Below are positions 54,163 through 64,000 of a DNA stretch of 64,000 nt, piece by piece (the first letter of the stretch is position 1; each line of letters opens with the position of its first letter). Position numbers and translations under genes: made by a program. The DNA is taken from assembly GCA_025558095.1 (NCBI GenBank), contig JAIVFI010000021.1, forward strand, positions 124,001-188,000, given 5' to 3'. This DNA is from Hyaloraphidium curvatum SAG 235-1. Lineage: Eukaryota; Fungi; Monoblepharomycota. A model generated the notes under the pieces. It ran no database searches and was not told the origin of the DNA. It worked only from the letters and a program-made list of their open reading frames with translations.

Positions 54163-55854
54163 TCACCCAAACAGGCACTGGTAGGTTGCCTCGTAAAACT
54201 CCAGCGACGCCTCCAGCTCCCGCACCTCCCTGCATACCATCTCCAGCGCCACGCATGCCCCGTACTTCGCATCCTTCAGCGCCCGCGCTACCCCGGCGTG
54301 GTCCACCTTGGGGCCCACGTACGGCGCCAGCATCGGCTCCGAGACGTGGAAGTGCGCGGGCTGCCCCTCCTCCGCGGCGCGCGAAACCGCCGACGCCACG
54401 TCCTCCCCCGCCATGGCCATGCACGCCGCGTCGAGGTGCACCTGCAGCCCCGGGTGTCCGACCCGCCGCACCAGGGACAGGGCGTGGGCCGAGGTGGTGG
54501 CAAAGTTGCACCCGTACTGCGGGGCGTTGGGTTCCAGGCACAGGGCGCAGCCCCTGGAATGGGCGTACTCGGCGAGCGGGCCGAAGAGGGCGCAGAAGAT
54601 GCGGTCGGCTTCCTCGTGGGACATGCCGTCCGGGATCCGGCGGTTCTTGGGCGCGCCAAAGACGATGGGGAACGGGCCCGGGGAGGGGCGCCAGAGCTCG
54701 CGGAGGGAGGCGGCAAAGTCGACGACCACGCGGAGGTGCCGGGCGAGCCTGCCCCTCGCCTCCTCGGTGCCGAAGAGGACGAGGTCGGGTTTGCCGAAGA
54801 GGACGGCCTGGAGGGAGGAGATCCCGAGCCCGCGGGCCGCGAGGTCCGCCGCAAACCCCGCGACGAGCCCGTCGAGAACCCCGCCGGCGACGGCCCGCTC
54901 GATGGCGTCCCATGCAAAGAACCTGGTGGGGGCGACCTCAATGTACCGGTACCCGCGGGTCCTCAGCAGGGAAACCGCGGCGTCGTGGGACGGCTCGTCC
55001 CACGCGATGCACGAGACAGAGGTACGCCGGAACATGTTCCATTCCCCGAGGAACCGCGAAAAGGAGGCCAGGACTTGCGCGGCGGTGCAGATGTACGGCA
55101 GCCCCGCTGGGGCGCCGAACGCCTGACCGTGCTTCGTCAGGCAGTCGTAGCGCAGCGGCGGGCCGCCGTGGCCGACGTCGCGGGGCTCGACGTCTCCCGC
55201 CAGGAGGCCGGCATCCGAGATGAGCCGGATCAGTTCGGCGGTGGGCACGGGTTCGGGGAACAGGTTGGCCTCGCGGAGCCCGAGCTCCAGGGCGCGCTGC
55301 ATGTCCGCGGACAGCCGCGAAACGTCGTACCATTGGAACGCCGAGTTCATGTTGATGGCGGGGAGGTTGTTGCCCACTAGCAGGTCGTAGACGTAGTTCT
55401 TCTTAAGGTGGATGCCGAACAGCGCGGGGAGGCGGAGGACCAGGTGGTCGGGGAACCGGTCCCGCACGAAGCGCTCGAGCAGCGCGCGGTGCCTGCCGTA
55501 GGGGTGGAGGTCGGGCATGTCGGCGGCTCCACCCAGGCCGTCTTCGTCCCTTCGGCCGTCCGCCGGGTTGTAGACGTCGATGGTGGAAATGAGCACGAAG
55601 CGGTCGCATTCGACGCCCGCCAGCACGGCCTCCAGCTTCCGCAGGTTCGCCAGGTCGGCGTCCGGGTCCTTGTTTGCCAGCCATTTGGCGGCCGGGAGGG
55701 CGGCGCACACGACGGTGGAGAATCGGCGGCCGCGGGCGGCGCCGGCGTCGGTCGAGCGGAACGCGTGGTCGAACCTGAGTGCGCGCCGCAGAGACGTGCC
55801 GACGAACCCGGTGCTGCCGAAAAGCGCCGAGTTTGGCGGCGGGAAGCTCTCCAT
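54163..55854 (-). CDS. Fusion: NAD(P)-dependent epimerase/dehydratase + sugar-phosphate isomerase/epimerase (AP-endonuclease-2 TIM barrel), intronless
   Basis: N half: ALFGSTGFVGTSL, CAALPAAKWLAN, LISTIDVY, YGRHRALLE, LRLPALFG..KKNYVYDL. C half: SCIAW, IEVAPT, SLQAVLF, VFGAPKNR, LEPNAPQYGCNF, HLD, HFHVSEP, LEM. Confidence 0.88.
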   Translation of the reverse strand: MESFPPPNSALFGSTGFVGTSLRRALRFDHAFRSTDAGAARGRRFSTVVCAALPAAKWLANKDPDADLANLRKLEAVLAGVECDRFVLISTIDVYNPADGRRDEDGLGGAADMPDLHPYGRHRALLERFVRDRFPDHLVLRLPALFGIHLKKNYVYDLLVGNNLPAINMNSAFQWYDVSRLSADMQRALELGLREANLFPEPVPTAELIRLISDAGLLAGDVEPRDVGHGGPPLRYDCLTKHGQAFGAPAGLPYICTAAQVLASFSRFLGEWNMFRRTSVSCIAWDEPSHDAAVSLLRTRGYRYIEVAPTRFFAWDAIERAVAGGVLDGLVAGFAADLAARGLGISSLQAVLFGKPDLVLFGTEEARGRLARHLRVVVDFAASLRELWRPSPGPFPIVFGAPKNRRIPDGMSHEEADRIFCALFGPLAEYAHSRGCALCLEPNAPQYGCNFATTSAHALSLVRRVGHPGLQVHLDAACMAMAGEDVASAVSRAAEEGQPAHFHVSEPMLAPYVGPKVDHAGVARALKDAKYGACVALEMVCREVRELEASLEFYEATYQCLFG

Positions 55855-55972
55855 CAGGGGAGTCAAGGCGCTTTTTGATTGGGGATCGATGATGATGGTG
55901 CCCTTATTCTACTAGCTTCATTGGGGCCCCACCTGGGACACCGACGGACGACTTGTGGGACGCCACTCCCCG

Positions 55973-57280
55973 ATGCAGATCTTTTGGCTGTGGCAAGGAT
56001 CGAGGCCGCTCTCGGCGGCAGCCGTGCTGCTCGCCTCCACGATGCTGCTCGCGTGGTCGTGGTCGTGGTCGCGGACTGGAGGCCGCGAAGGACCGCGTCG
56101 GTTCTCCGTGCTGGCGGACCCCTCGCTGGCGGCGTCCTACGCCGCGTTCGTGCGCACCGCCGACGAGGCCGACGGCACCACGATCAGCCAGTACTCGCTC
56201 AACATCGGCTTCGAGGATTCCGTGCGCCGCAGCACGGCCTTCGTCGCGGACCCGGCCGCGGCCGACGCCGTCGTCGTTGCCCTATATCCAATCGCTTTGG
56301 GCCTGCACAGGCACATGGAGGGCAATCTGATGCGGACAATGGAAACCGTCGCCAAGCGCTTGGTTCCCGCCATCCGAAGCCTGCCCTCCAGGACCGTGCT
56401 CATCTTTGTTATTACGCACGTCGACGAGCTGCCCGAAATCAACCGGTATATCCTGCGCCGGGTGCGCGAGGTCCACCCCCGCCGCATCCTGCTGATCCGC
56501 ACGGACGTCGGCGATACCTCGTGTTCCTGCTACGGCAGGCCGTACTACGTCCCGGGAATTGAGAACCTCATGGCGCCCTACGCCGTCGCCAAGCCGCGTG
56601 CTCTGGTCTCGGCCGCCGAGCGGGGCTCTCTGGACCGCCCGCGGAACCTCACCGTCTTTTTCCGCGGCCGCAGCCCCGGCGTGCGCCGCAAACTCGCGGA
56701 CAGCATTCGCGCCCTCAAACGGCCGGACGTGCTCTATGACCTCGTGTCGGACGCCGGCGCGGACCGCGCGCGCCACGCGGACTACCTGGACAAGGCGCTC
56801 TCTTCCAAATTCTGCCTCGTACCGGACGGCGACGTGTCGAGCTCGCTCAGGCTTTTCGAATCCATCGTGGCCAGGTGCGTCCCCGTCATCTTTTCCGACT
56901 GCCCGGACCTTCTCCCGTTCGACGGCACCCCCGAGGTCGGCAACTACTCGGCATTCTCGCTCATCGTGCCCCTCGCCTCGAGCGGGTCCGCGGTCATGTC
57001 CAGGATCGACGCCGCGGTCGCCTCGGGCGCGTACCAAAGGATGCTGGCGCGCCTCGACGAGGTCTGGATCCACTTTACGGCGCCCAGGGTGCCGATTCCT
57101 GGGCAGGCCGGCGCCCACGCGCTGCTGCTGCGGCTCGCGAGTGAGGCCATGGACCGGATGGACGCGGGGTTGCCGACCAAGTGGTCGCGGTACGACGAGA
57201 AGAGGCTTTCGAGGTGCGTCAACATGTACGGCGATGCGTGGTTGCGGGCCTGGCGGCGGGGAGAGGTCGGAGGAAAGTAA
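55973..57280 (+). CDS. Exostosin-family (GT47) glycosyltransferase, type II membrane, intronless
   Basis: N-terminal TM; FVADPAAADAVVV, RNLTVFFRG, SSKFCLVPDGDVSSSLRLFESIVARCVPVIFSD..LPFD. Confidence 0.88.
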   Translation: MQIFWLWQGSRPLSAAAVLLASTMLLAWSWSWSRTGGREGPRRFSVLADPSLAASYAAFVRTADEADGTTISQYSLNIGFEDSVRRSTAFVADPAAADAVVVALYPIALGLHRHMEGNLMRTMETVAKRLVPAIRSLPSRTVLIFVITHVDELPEINRYILRRVREVHPRRILLIRTDVGDTSCSCYGRPYYVPGIENLMAPYAVAKPRALVSAAERGSLDRPRNLTVFFRGRSPGVRRKLADSIRALKRPDVLYDLVSDAGADRARHADYLDKALSSKFCLVPDGDVSSSLRLFESIVARCVPVIFSDCPDLLPFDGTPEVGNYSAFSLIVPLASSGSAVMSRIDAAVASGAYQRMLARLDEVWIHFTAPRVPIPGQAGAHALLLRLASEAMDRMDAGLPTKWSRYDEKRLSRCVNMYGDAWLRAWRRGEVGGK

Positions 57281-57490
57281 GAGGCCGCAGAACAGCTCCG
57301 TGCCAACGTAGCGAAGCTTTTCTTCAACGAATTCGCCGCATTTCACGTACCCTCTCTCGGAGAGAAAGATCCATCGGCGGCAGGAACCATCACGGAACAA
57401 CGGGAAGGAAGGACGACACAGCATGTCCTGCACGTGGATTGTCACGTGCGCTATCCGCGGCAACAGCACTGGACACATGGTACACAATAG

Positions 57491-57550
57491 ACCCAGCTTT
57501 CTCGTCACTCGACCCTCCAACCCAGCTTTCTCGTCACTCGACCCTCCAAC
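57491..57550. repeat. Exact 29-bp tandem duplication
   Basis: ACCCAGCTTTCTCGTCACTCGACCCTCCA x2. Confidence 0.9.
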
Positions 57551-57820
57551 AGACGACTCATCTCGATGTGCCAAACCGAGGATGCTCGTGTACAGTCCAT
57601 CCAGCGCAGGAGCTGGCAAAGACGTCTGTGCGGGACGCTGTCAGGCGGGACGCCTCCCGCGTGAACTACAACATTCGCGCTTCGTTGTTTAATAGGAGGA
57701 AGTCGCAGAAGATCGCATTCCATTCAATGTCAATCTCAATCTGAAGTTCTGAAAAGCAAAGAAACCCGCCACAGAGCAGAAACCCCGCGCCCGCAAACAA
57801 CCACCGAGTCCAAGCCGCCG

Positions 57821-59683
57821 TCAAACCTTGCCCGTCCCCACGCTGACCTCCACCAGCTTCCCTCCCTCCACCTCCCTCAGCTGCACATCCACCTCCCTCC
57901 TCCCCTGGGCCCCCACCTGCCCCCCGCCCCTCTCCGCGGCCCTGCGCACCTCCATCACGGCCCTGTGCGCCTCCGCCAGCGCCCTGTACGCGCGCGCCAG
58001 CTCCCCGGGATCGTCCGCGGCGAGCGTCCACGCGCGCTTGGGGCAGACGATCTTGAGCGCGTGCGGGTGGGCTTTGGAGAGCCGGAGGGGATCGCCGCCG
58101 GGAGGCGGGAGGAACGAGAGGACGGTGGAAAGGGGGATGATGCGGAGGCACTGGTACTCCTGCCGTCCCCGACGTCAGCCTCATGACGGAGCCGAACGCG
58201 CACCGACGTACCTTCTCGTCCTTGTACGCCGCCACCTTGCCTCCCCTGACCACGAACCACCTCCTCTTCCACCCGCTCCCGGACTTGCCGAGCTTCCACA
58301 GCCACCCCGCGTACCGCACCCCGCCGTCGTCCTCGCCCGGAAGCGGGGGGCCGACGATGATGTCGTCCTCGGAGTCGGCGCGGCCCGGGGGGGATGGGCG
58401 GCCGGGGGATGGCCGGTCCTCGTCCGAGGCGATGTATTCCTCATCGCTGGAGAGGCCATGCGTGCGCGAGGGGAGTTCGGGGGAGGAGGGGACGGCGAGG
58501 AGCGGGGAGGGGGGCGAGCCGGCGCCGGGTTGTGAGGCGAGCGGCGGGGAGGGGAGCACCGAGAGGGAGACGGGGGACGACTGCGCTGCCGAGGATGATG
58601 GGGGAGAGGGGTGCAGGGAGAGGGTGGAGCCGACGGCCGAGGACCAGCTTTGCAGGGCGCCGAGGGCCTTTTGCAGGGGCTGCTCCGAGAAGGAGACTTT
58701 GCGCCCGCGGGCGTCGAGGGAGGAGGAGGAGGTGGCGCGGGTGGCGGCGTTGGCTTGCCACGGAGGGAGGTCGGAGCCCGGGAAGGCGGGTTCCGAGACG
58801 TGGGCGGGTTGCGCGTCAGGGGAGAGGTGCTCGTGTCCGCTGGGCGGGGTGACGGGGGAGACGGGCGCAGAAACGGCGCGCTGCACGGCGGGCAGACTGG
58901 AAGCGCCGAGCTGACTGCGGCGGATCTCGCGGCGCGCGACCTTGAGCGCCGTCAACCAGTCGTCCATCTCGGAGCGCGTGGCCGCCTGCAGGTAGTACGT
59001 CCGTTCCGGCGTGACAAGCCCGATCACGTTGGGTTTCTTGATCCGGACTTCGGCGATCGCGGTGAGCGCGCGCAGGTCGATGGAGCGGAGCAGCTGGTAT
59101 TCCTGGAACAGAATGCCGGGTGAGCACATTGTCGGCAACGTGCGAGGCACTACGGCACCTTGTCGTTCTCGTAGTATGCCAGCTTCGTCGAACGCAGGAC
59201 GAACCAGCGCTTTTTCCACGTCTGTGGGTGGAAGGATTGAACCACGGTGTCAAGACCAGACGAGACGCGGGCCCCGGCGCCACCCACGCGTCGCTGCTCC
59301 CCCTTCTTGAGCAGATACCCCGATCTGACCACCAGCTCGTTCTTGAGCCTCAGCTGCGCCTCGAGCGCCTCGGGCGACCGCAGCGCCGGGTCCGCGTCCT
59401 CGTCGTCCGTGTGCGCCCCCGCGCCCCACGGCCCCGGCGTGCCCCCCGACTCGGGCGACAGATCGTCGGCCGACGCCTCGAGCATCGCCACGTGCGCCTC
59501 GGGCGGATCGATATAGAGCACGGCATCGAACGTGTCGGACGCGAGGCTGTCCAGCGACGAGGTGTTTGCTACGCGGTTCGCGGGCGGAACGCGCGGCGCG
59601 TCGGCGGGGACGGGCGCGGACCGCAGCGAGGAGCCCCGCGGCGGGAGCACGATCGGCGGCGGCGGCTCGCCCGCGGACGACAT
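57821..59683 (-). CDS. Dual PH-domain protein (Opy1-like), multi-exon
   Basis: PH1 VVRSGYLLKKGEQRR|TWKKRWFVLRSTKLAYYENDK|EYQLLRSIDL..RTYYLQA..MDDWLTAL; PH2 YAGWLWKLGKSGSGWKRRWFVVR..YKDEK|EY. Confidence 0.85.
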
Positions 59684-59822
59684 GGGGGCGGAGTTGCGTC
59701 GTGTCCGTGGATTTTCCCTATCAACGAGGTTAGCCTCCGCCCCGGAGTCTGGTTTCCGGCCACCGTTGTTAGGCGAATCCTAACCGCGCTAGCTCCCACG
59801 CAACCGTCGTTCCCGCGGCGCC

Positions 59823-62028
59823 ATGCCGCTGCCCGTGTACGCGGGCCACCGGCCGCCTGGGTCGCCCAAGACGCGGCGGCCGCAGTACGCGCACCACCCG
59901 CGCAACCGCCGCCGCACGTACGCGCTGCTCGCGCTCGCCGTCGCCGCCGCGCTGCTGTACTACCACTGGGGGCGGCCGGCGAAACCGAAGCACGTTGAGA
60001 CACCTCCGGACTTTGCTCCTAAAGGCGATCTTAAAGACGGGGCGGGCGGCGTCGGGGAGGGCCCGCTGCAGCCCGGCGGCTCACTGCCGGAGGACCCCGG
60101 GCCCGCCGCCCCGCCGCCGTCCGCCCACGATCCCGGCGGCTGGCTGCCCGCAGGCGACGTGTCCAAGCTGCCGAGTGGGTCTTAATTCCGCCCCAATTGA
60201 ATCCCGGCCCTTAACCCCCGCCCGCCGCCAGACCCGCTCGCCGGCTTCACCTCGGCCTACCCGCCCTTCCTGCACTCGCTCCTCTCGCACCGCACCTCGC
60301 GCGCCTACCCGAAATTCATCACCGTCGTGTACGTCGACGACGGCGACCGCGACGTGCTCCTCAACTGGCTGTGCCACGTGCGCGCGACGGGCTTCAAGAA
60401 CTACGTCGTCGTGACGCGGGACGAGAAGCTCTTCTGGTGGCTGCGCTACCGCGCCTCGGAGCCCGCGGCGTACCTGGAGCTCCCAGAGGGCGAGGAGCAG
60501 TCCACGGAGCAGCTGCTCGCGCCGCCGGCGGCGTCGCGGAGCGCCTACAACTCGCGCTCGTTCAAGCTGCACATGCTGCACCGCACGCGCTTCGTGCTCA
60601 CGCTGCTGGAGAGGGGGTGGAACGTGCTCATCGCCGACGCGGACGCGGCGTGGTTCGAGGACCCGAGGCCGCAGCTGTGGAGAGCGGTGAAGCAGGGGAA
60701 CGATATCGTCGCGCAGGACGACGTGACGATGCTGTGCGGCGGGTTCATGCTGCTCATGAGCAACGGTGGGCCGTCGGGACGGGCGTTTGGCCTTCTTCTT
60801 TGGCTTGACGTCGGATTCCGAACTCGCCCACAGAGAAAGTGCTCAAGCTCTGGCGCGAGGTGCACCGCCAGTTCCAGGAGGACCACGTGCGCACCAACGA
60901 GCAGCTCATCCTCAAGCGGCTGCTGCAGGCGGGCACCTACGACGTCCGGGTGCAGAAGCTGCCCAAGCACTTGTTCCCGAGCGGCAAGCTGTTCTTCGAC
61001 GAGGGCGCGTGGAAGAACGTGGGGCAAAAGGGGTGGTGGGTTGTTCCCGTTGCGCCCCCGTAGCGCGTTGTGGGCTCACCCGCCGCATGTCCGGCAGGCC
61101 GATCGTGGTGCACAACAACTTCGTCGTCACCAAGGCCGACAAGCTCTCGCGCTTCAAGGCCCTGCACATGTGGCGCGCCCTCTCCGTGGACGACGGCACG
61201 TGCGAAGAGCACCCCCTCCCCTCGCACGCCGACACCGTCGCCGCCAACGCGGGCAAGTGGGAGCTCGCCGTCAAGCTGGTCGCCGGCTCCGTCGCCGACG
61301 CCGAAAACACCGCCGCGGATTTCGAGCGCGCGCCGTTCGCGGGCGGCAGGCTGGACCTGGACGCGCTGGTGCCCGACGCCGCGGAGCGCGACGTGGGGGA
61401 GCTCGCGCGCACGCCGTACTCCCGCGGGCAGCTCCGCGTGCGGGTGGGCACCCCGCACCGCGCGACGGACATCTGGGTGCCCCCCTCCGAGATCGGCCCG
61501 CAAATGGTGGTCCTGGTCTCGGACCGCATCGCGCTCCCGGAATCGTGGCACGCGACCCTCTCCGCCCTCCTGTCGCGGTACGCCGGGACCGACCCGCGGG
61601 ACTGGGACCCCCGCGTCTTCGGCATCGCCGTCGGGCGCCACCCGGGGGCCGAGCCGCCCACGCCGGACCAGGTGTTCCGGCACCAGACGCTCCCCCCGCT
61701 GTGCGCCGTGTTCCCGTGGCACTGGTCCCGCTTCGCCAGGGAAAACGCACGGTTCGATCCGGACCTCTTCGAGACCTTCACGCGGTGGGCGTCGCGCATG
61801 GGCTTCTACGCGATCCATGCACCGGGCGACGTGGTCGAGGCTGCGAAGTTGCCAGCGCTGGCCAAGCTTCGGACGTTCGACGGGCAGGGGGGCGAGGTGA
61901 AGCTGCCCGAGGCGCTGGCGGGCCGGGCGTGGCACTACGAAACGAACCCCGAGGAGGCGGAGGAAGTGGTCAAGAGGACGGCGGCGCCGGAGAAGAAGAA
62001 GGGGGCCAAGGGAGGGAAGGAGGGGTGA
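59823..62028 (+). CDS. Nucleotide-diphospho-sugar transferase (GT77-like), type II membrane, with extra C-terminal domain
   Basis: TM YALLALAVAAALLYYHW; LNWLCHV, LLERGWNVLIADADAAWFEDP (DxD), CGGFM, NEQLIL, LFPSG, IVVHNNFV..K. Three introns. Confidence 0.82.
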
Positions 62029-62099
62029 TGCGCCCGGAATGGAGGGGGAGGTTGGGGATACCCGTGGATTATGTGCTTGCTGCAAGAGACCCGATACCC

Positions 62100-62145
62100 T
62101 GCAAGAAGCTGGTTGCAAGAAGCTGGTTGCAAGAAGCTCGTTGCA
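62100..62145. repeat. 14-bp minisatellite, about 3.3 copies
   Basis: TGCAAGAAGCTGGT x2, TGCAAGAAGCTCGT, TGCA. Confidence 0.85.
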
Positions 62146-62301
62146 CGTCTATTTCGCGGGAGGAAGTAGGATAACCGTGGCCGAGCGGCCCCAATCTCGA
62201 ATCGACCAAGCTAACTAATACAACAAATCACCTCGAAAGACCATAGTCAGCACGCGCCATGCTCCCCAGCACCACCACTCCGCGGTCCACCCCGCTCCCA
62301 G

Positions 62302-63435
62302 TCACTTTCCCTCCTCACCCCCCTCGACGGCCTCCAGCGCCCTCAACCGCCCCTGGACCGCCCCTCCCCCCCTCCGCTTGAGCATCCCCTTGATCTCCCC
62401 GATCAGCGACGTGCGCGAGCGGGTGAGGTGCACCTTCGGATCCGCGGGGCGGGCGGGCGGGTCCGAGGTGAGGGTGGGCGTGGTGTCCTCTCTCTGCGGG
62501 GATCCCGAGGCGCGGGACGCGGAGCGCAGCACGCGGCCGTCGAGCATGCCCGTCTCCGCGACCCCGGGTTTAGCGGGCTCGGGCGACGCGGCCCGCACGC
62601 TTTGCCGGCGGCGGTTGAACTCGACGGCGAGCGAGTGCACGAGGTACGCCGGGATCGGCGACGGCGCGTCGGGCGGGGTGCGCGGCTTCTTGCGCTGCTT
62701 GGGTTTGGCCGAGGGGTTGGCCTTCTTGGGCTTCTTCTTGCGGAGGGGGGGCTGTTCCGAGGGCGCGGGGAGCAGCGCGCGGCGGAGCTTCTTCCGCTTC
62801 TTGGGGTCCTTCTTGCCAGAGGGCTTGGCGGGGTCGGAGCGGCGGGCGGTCAGGGGCTTGCGACGCTTGACGGGGGGCCGATGCACGGTGCGGTCCGAAG
62901 GGTCGGCGTCCGAGGCGGGGCTGATGCGTCCGAGGGAAAAGGCGGGGGAATTGTCCGGCGAGTTCTCCGAGTCTTCGCCCTCGAGGAGCTCGTCGAGCCT
63001 GCGCTTGGCGCGGCGGGCGGTCTCGGGCGCGGTGGGGTCCATGGGCGGGTGCCTCGGTCCGCGCCGCGAGCCGTGCCCGCGCTCTGGCTCCGCATCGGAA
63101 TCGTCCTCGAACTCGAATTCCTCGTCGACGCCCTCTTCTTCTTCCGGGGGAGACGCCGCGCCGCCGAACCCCCCGTCCGCGCCGTCGAACTCGAACGACA
63201 GCGGTTCGCCGCACTCCTCGGCGTCGCACCATGCGGAGTCCCACGGCACTTCGTCTTCCGCTGCGTCTGTGTGAGAAGGGCCGCCGAGCAAAACGACGTC
63301 GTCGCAGCTCGAGATGTGCGCGGGGAGCGGGGTCCCGGCGCCAAAGAGGGACGAGAGCAACATGGCCGTCGGGTGGGCCGGCGCGGGGGGGAGGAGCGGT
63401 GCCGTCCGCGGCATCGGAGCGTCGGCGAGCTTCAT
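62302..63435 (-). CDS. Hypothetical low-complexity protein with acidic and Lys/Arg-rich (NLS-like) tracts
   Basis: 377-aa ORF, EEEEGVDEEFEFEDD and KKRKK tracts; no recognised domain; start may be ATG 63363. Confidence 0.55.
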   Translation of the reverse strand: MKLADAPMPRTAPLLPPAPAHPTAMLLSSLFGAGTPLPAHISSCDDVVLLGGPSHTDAAEDEVPWDSAWCDAEECGEPLSFEFDGADGGFGGAASPPEEEEGVDEEFEFEDDSDAEPERGHGSRRGPRHPPMDPTAPETARRAKRRLDELLEGEDSENSPDNSPAFSLGRISPASDADPSDRTVHRPPVKRRKPLTARRSDPAKPSGKKDPKKRKKLRRALLPAPSEQPPLRKKKPKKANPSAKPKQRKKPRTPPDAPSPIPAYLVHSLAVEFNRRRQSVRAASPEPAKPGVAETGMLDGRVLRSASRASGSPQREDTTPTLTSDPPARPADPKVHLTRSRTSLIGEIKGMLKRRGGGAVQGRLRALEAVEGGEEGK

Positions 63436-63765
63436 TCCCGGGCGGCCGAAGGCGCGCGGTGCGGCGGTTGGCGCGGTGCGCGCCGGGGAGTCGACGCGGA
63501 TCGCCGGGGCGCGCGGGGCCGCGGGCGTCCACAGACGGCTGCCAACCGCGGATGCGCGCCGCCTTCGTGCAGCGGACTGTTGCCGCCGCCCGCGGAGGGC
63601 CGTCCGGCACGCGCGCTGGTCGCGGGAAGGTGACGGTTGCTCAGATCCAAGAGTGTCCCGAAAAATGAGTGAACGCTCTCAGAGCCCCAGGGGCTTTCTT
63701 TGTCACTCCTATTGCACGCTTCACACGCTTCCACCGCCGCATCTACCTCCGATTCGCCCTCTAAA

Positions 63766-64000
63766 ATGCCCGTTCCCGACTCTGGCTTCCCCCAGCCCCC
63801 CAAGGACCACACCCAGAAGGACAAGCACACGGGAATCCAGTCGGAGATGGAGACCCAACCCCTTTCGGACAAGCTCGAGGCCCCCGGCGGAAAGGGCCTG
63901 GAGGACTACAAAGCCGCCGGCAAGCTGCAAGGAAGGCGCGCGGTCATCACCGGTGCGAGCTGCTCCGCCCGCCGGGTGCCCGCGACGGAGTTCGGAAACG
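63766..64000 (+). CDS. Short-chain dehydrogenase (YhdF/general-stress-protein type), 5' part
   Basis: MPVPDSGF..GIQSEMETQP..EDYKAAGKLQGRRAVITG, then a GTGCGA intron donor; runs off the window. Confidence 0.8.
   Translation, partial: MPVPDSGFPQPPKDHTQKDKHTGIQSEMETQPLSDKLEAPGGKGLEDYKAAGKLQGRRAVITGASCSARRVPATEFGN

Noticed and set aside
52852-55854. Bacterial contamination as the source of the intronless genes
   Set aside because: They are contiguous with eukaryote-type genes (F-box, GT47, PH), are arranged convergently and divergently rather than as an operon, and show similar GC and codon style. Read-level confirmation is still advisable.
57491-62145. Short tandem repeats at 57491 and 62100 as CRISPR-like arrays
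   Set aside because: Units are contiguous without spacers, there are no cas genes and the context is eukaryotic.

Overview
GC-rich, gene-dense eukaryotic DNA with short (45-125 nt) spliceosomal introns. Zn2Cys6 and copper-fist transcription factors mark it as fungal. A bacterial-type EF-P and algal/plant-type glycosyltransferases suggest an early-diverging, chytrid-like lineage (inference). 1-32.5 kb is mostly intron-bearing housekeeping and stress genes: Slt2/Mpk1-type MAPK, a FAM118/SIR2-like protein, G-patch, DnaJ, MAPEG, thioredoxin, TatD, EF-P, two Zn2Cys6 TFs, a copper-fist TF, MFS transporter, CUE-Smr, TM-jacalin, Cu/Zn SOD, F-box proteins and a claudin-like protein. 32.5-48.8 kb is a head-to-tail triple of a ~5.42-kb CryptonF-type tyrosine-recombinase transposon. 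Its copies join at identical (AC)4 junctions, it carries subterminal motif arrays and a perfect 26-bp palindrome, and it is inserted 53 bp upstream of a Zn2Cys6 gene. Right of it lie decayed genes (short CaiB, GST pseudogene, frameshifted F-box). Next is an intronless, bacterial-looking sugar-modification module (FAD oxidoreductase plus a fused NAD-epimerase/TIM-barrel isomerase) packed with a GT47 exostosin and close to a GT77-like transferase, a candidate undescribed glycan-biosynthesis cluster. All family calls are from motif recognition by eye; no searches were run.
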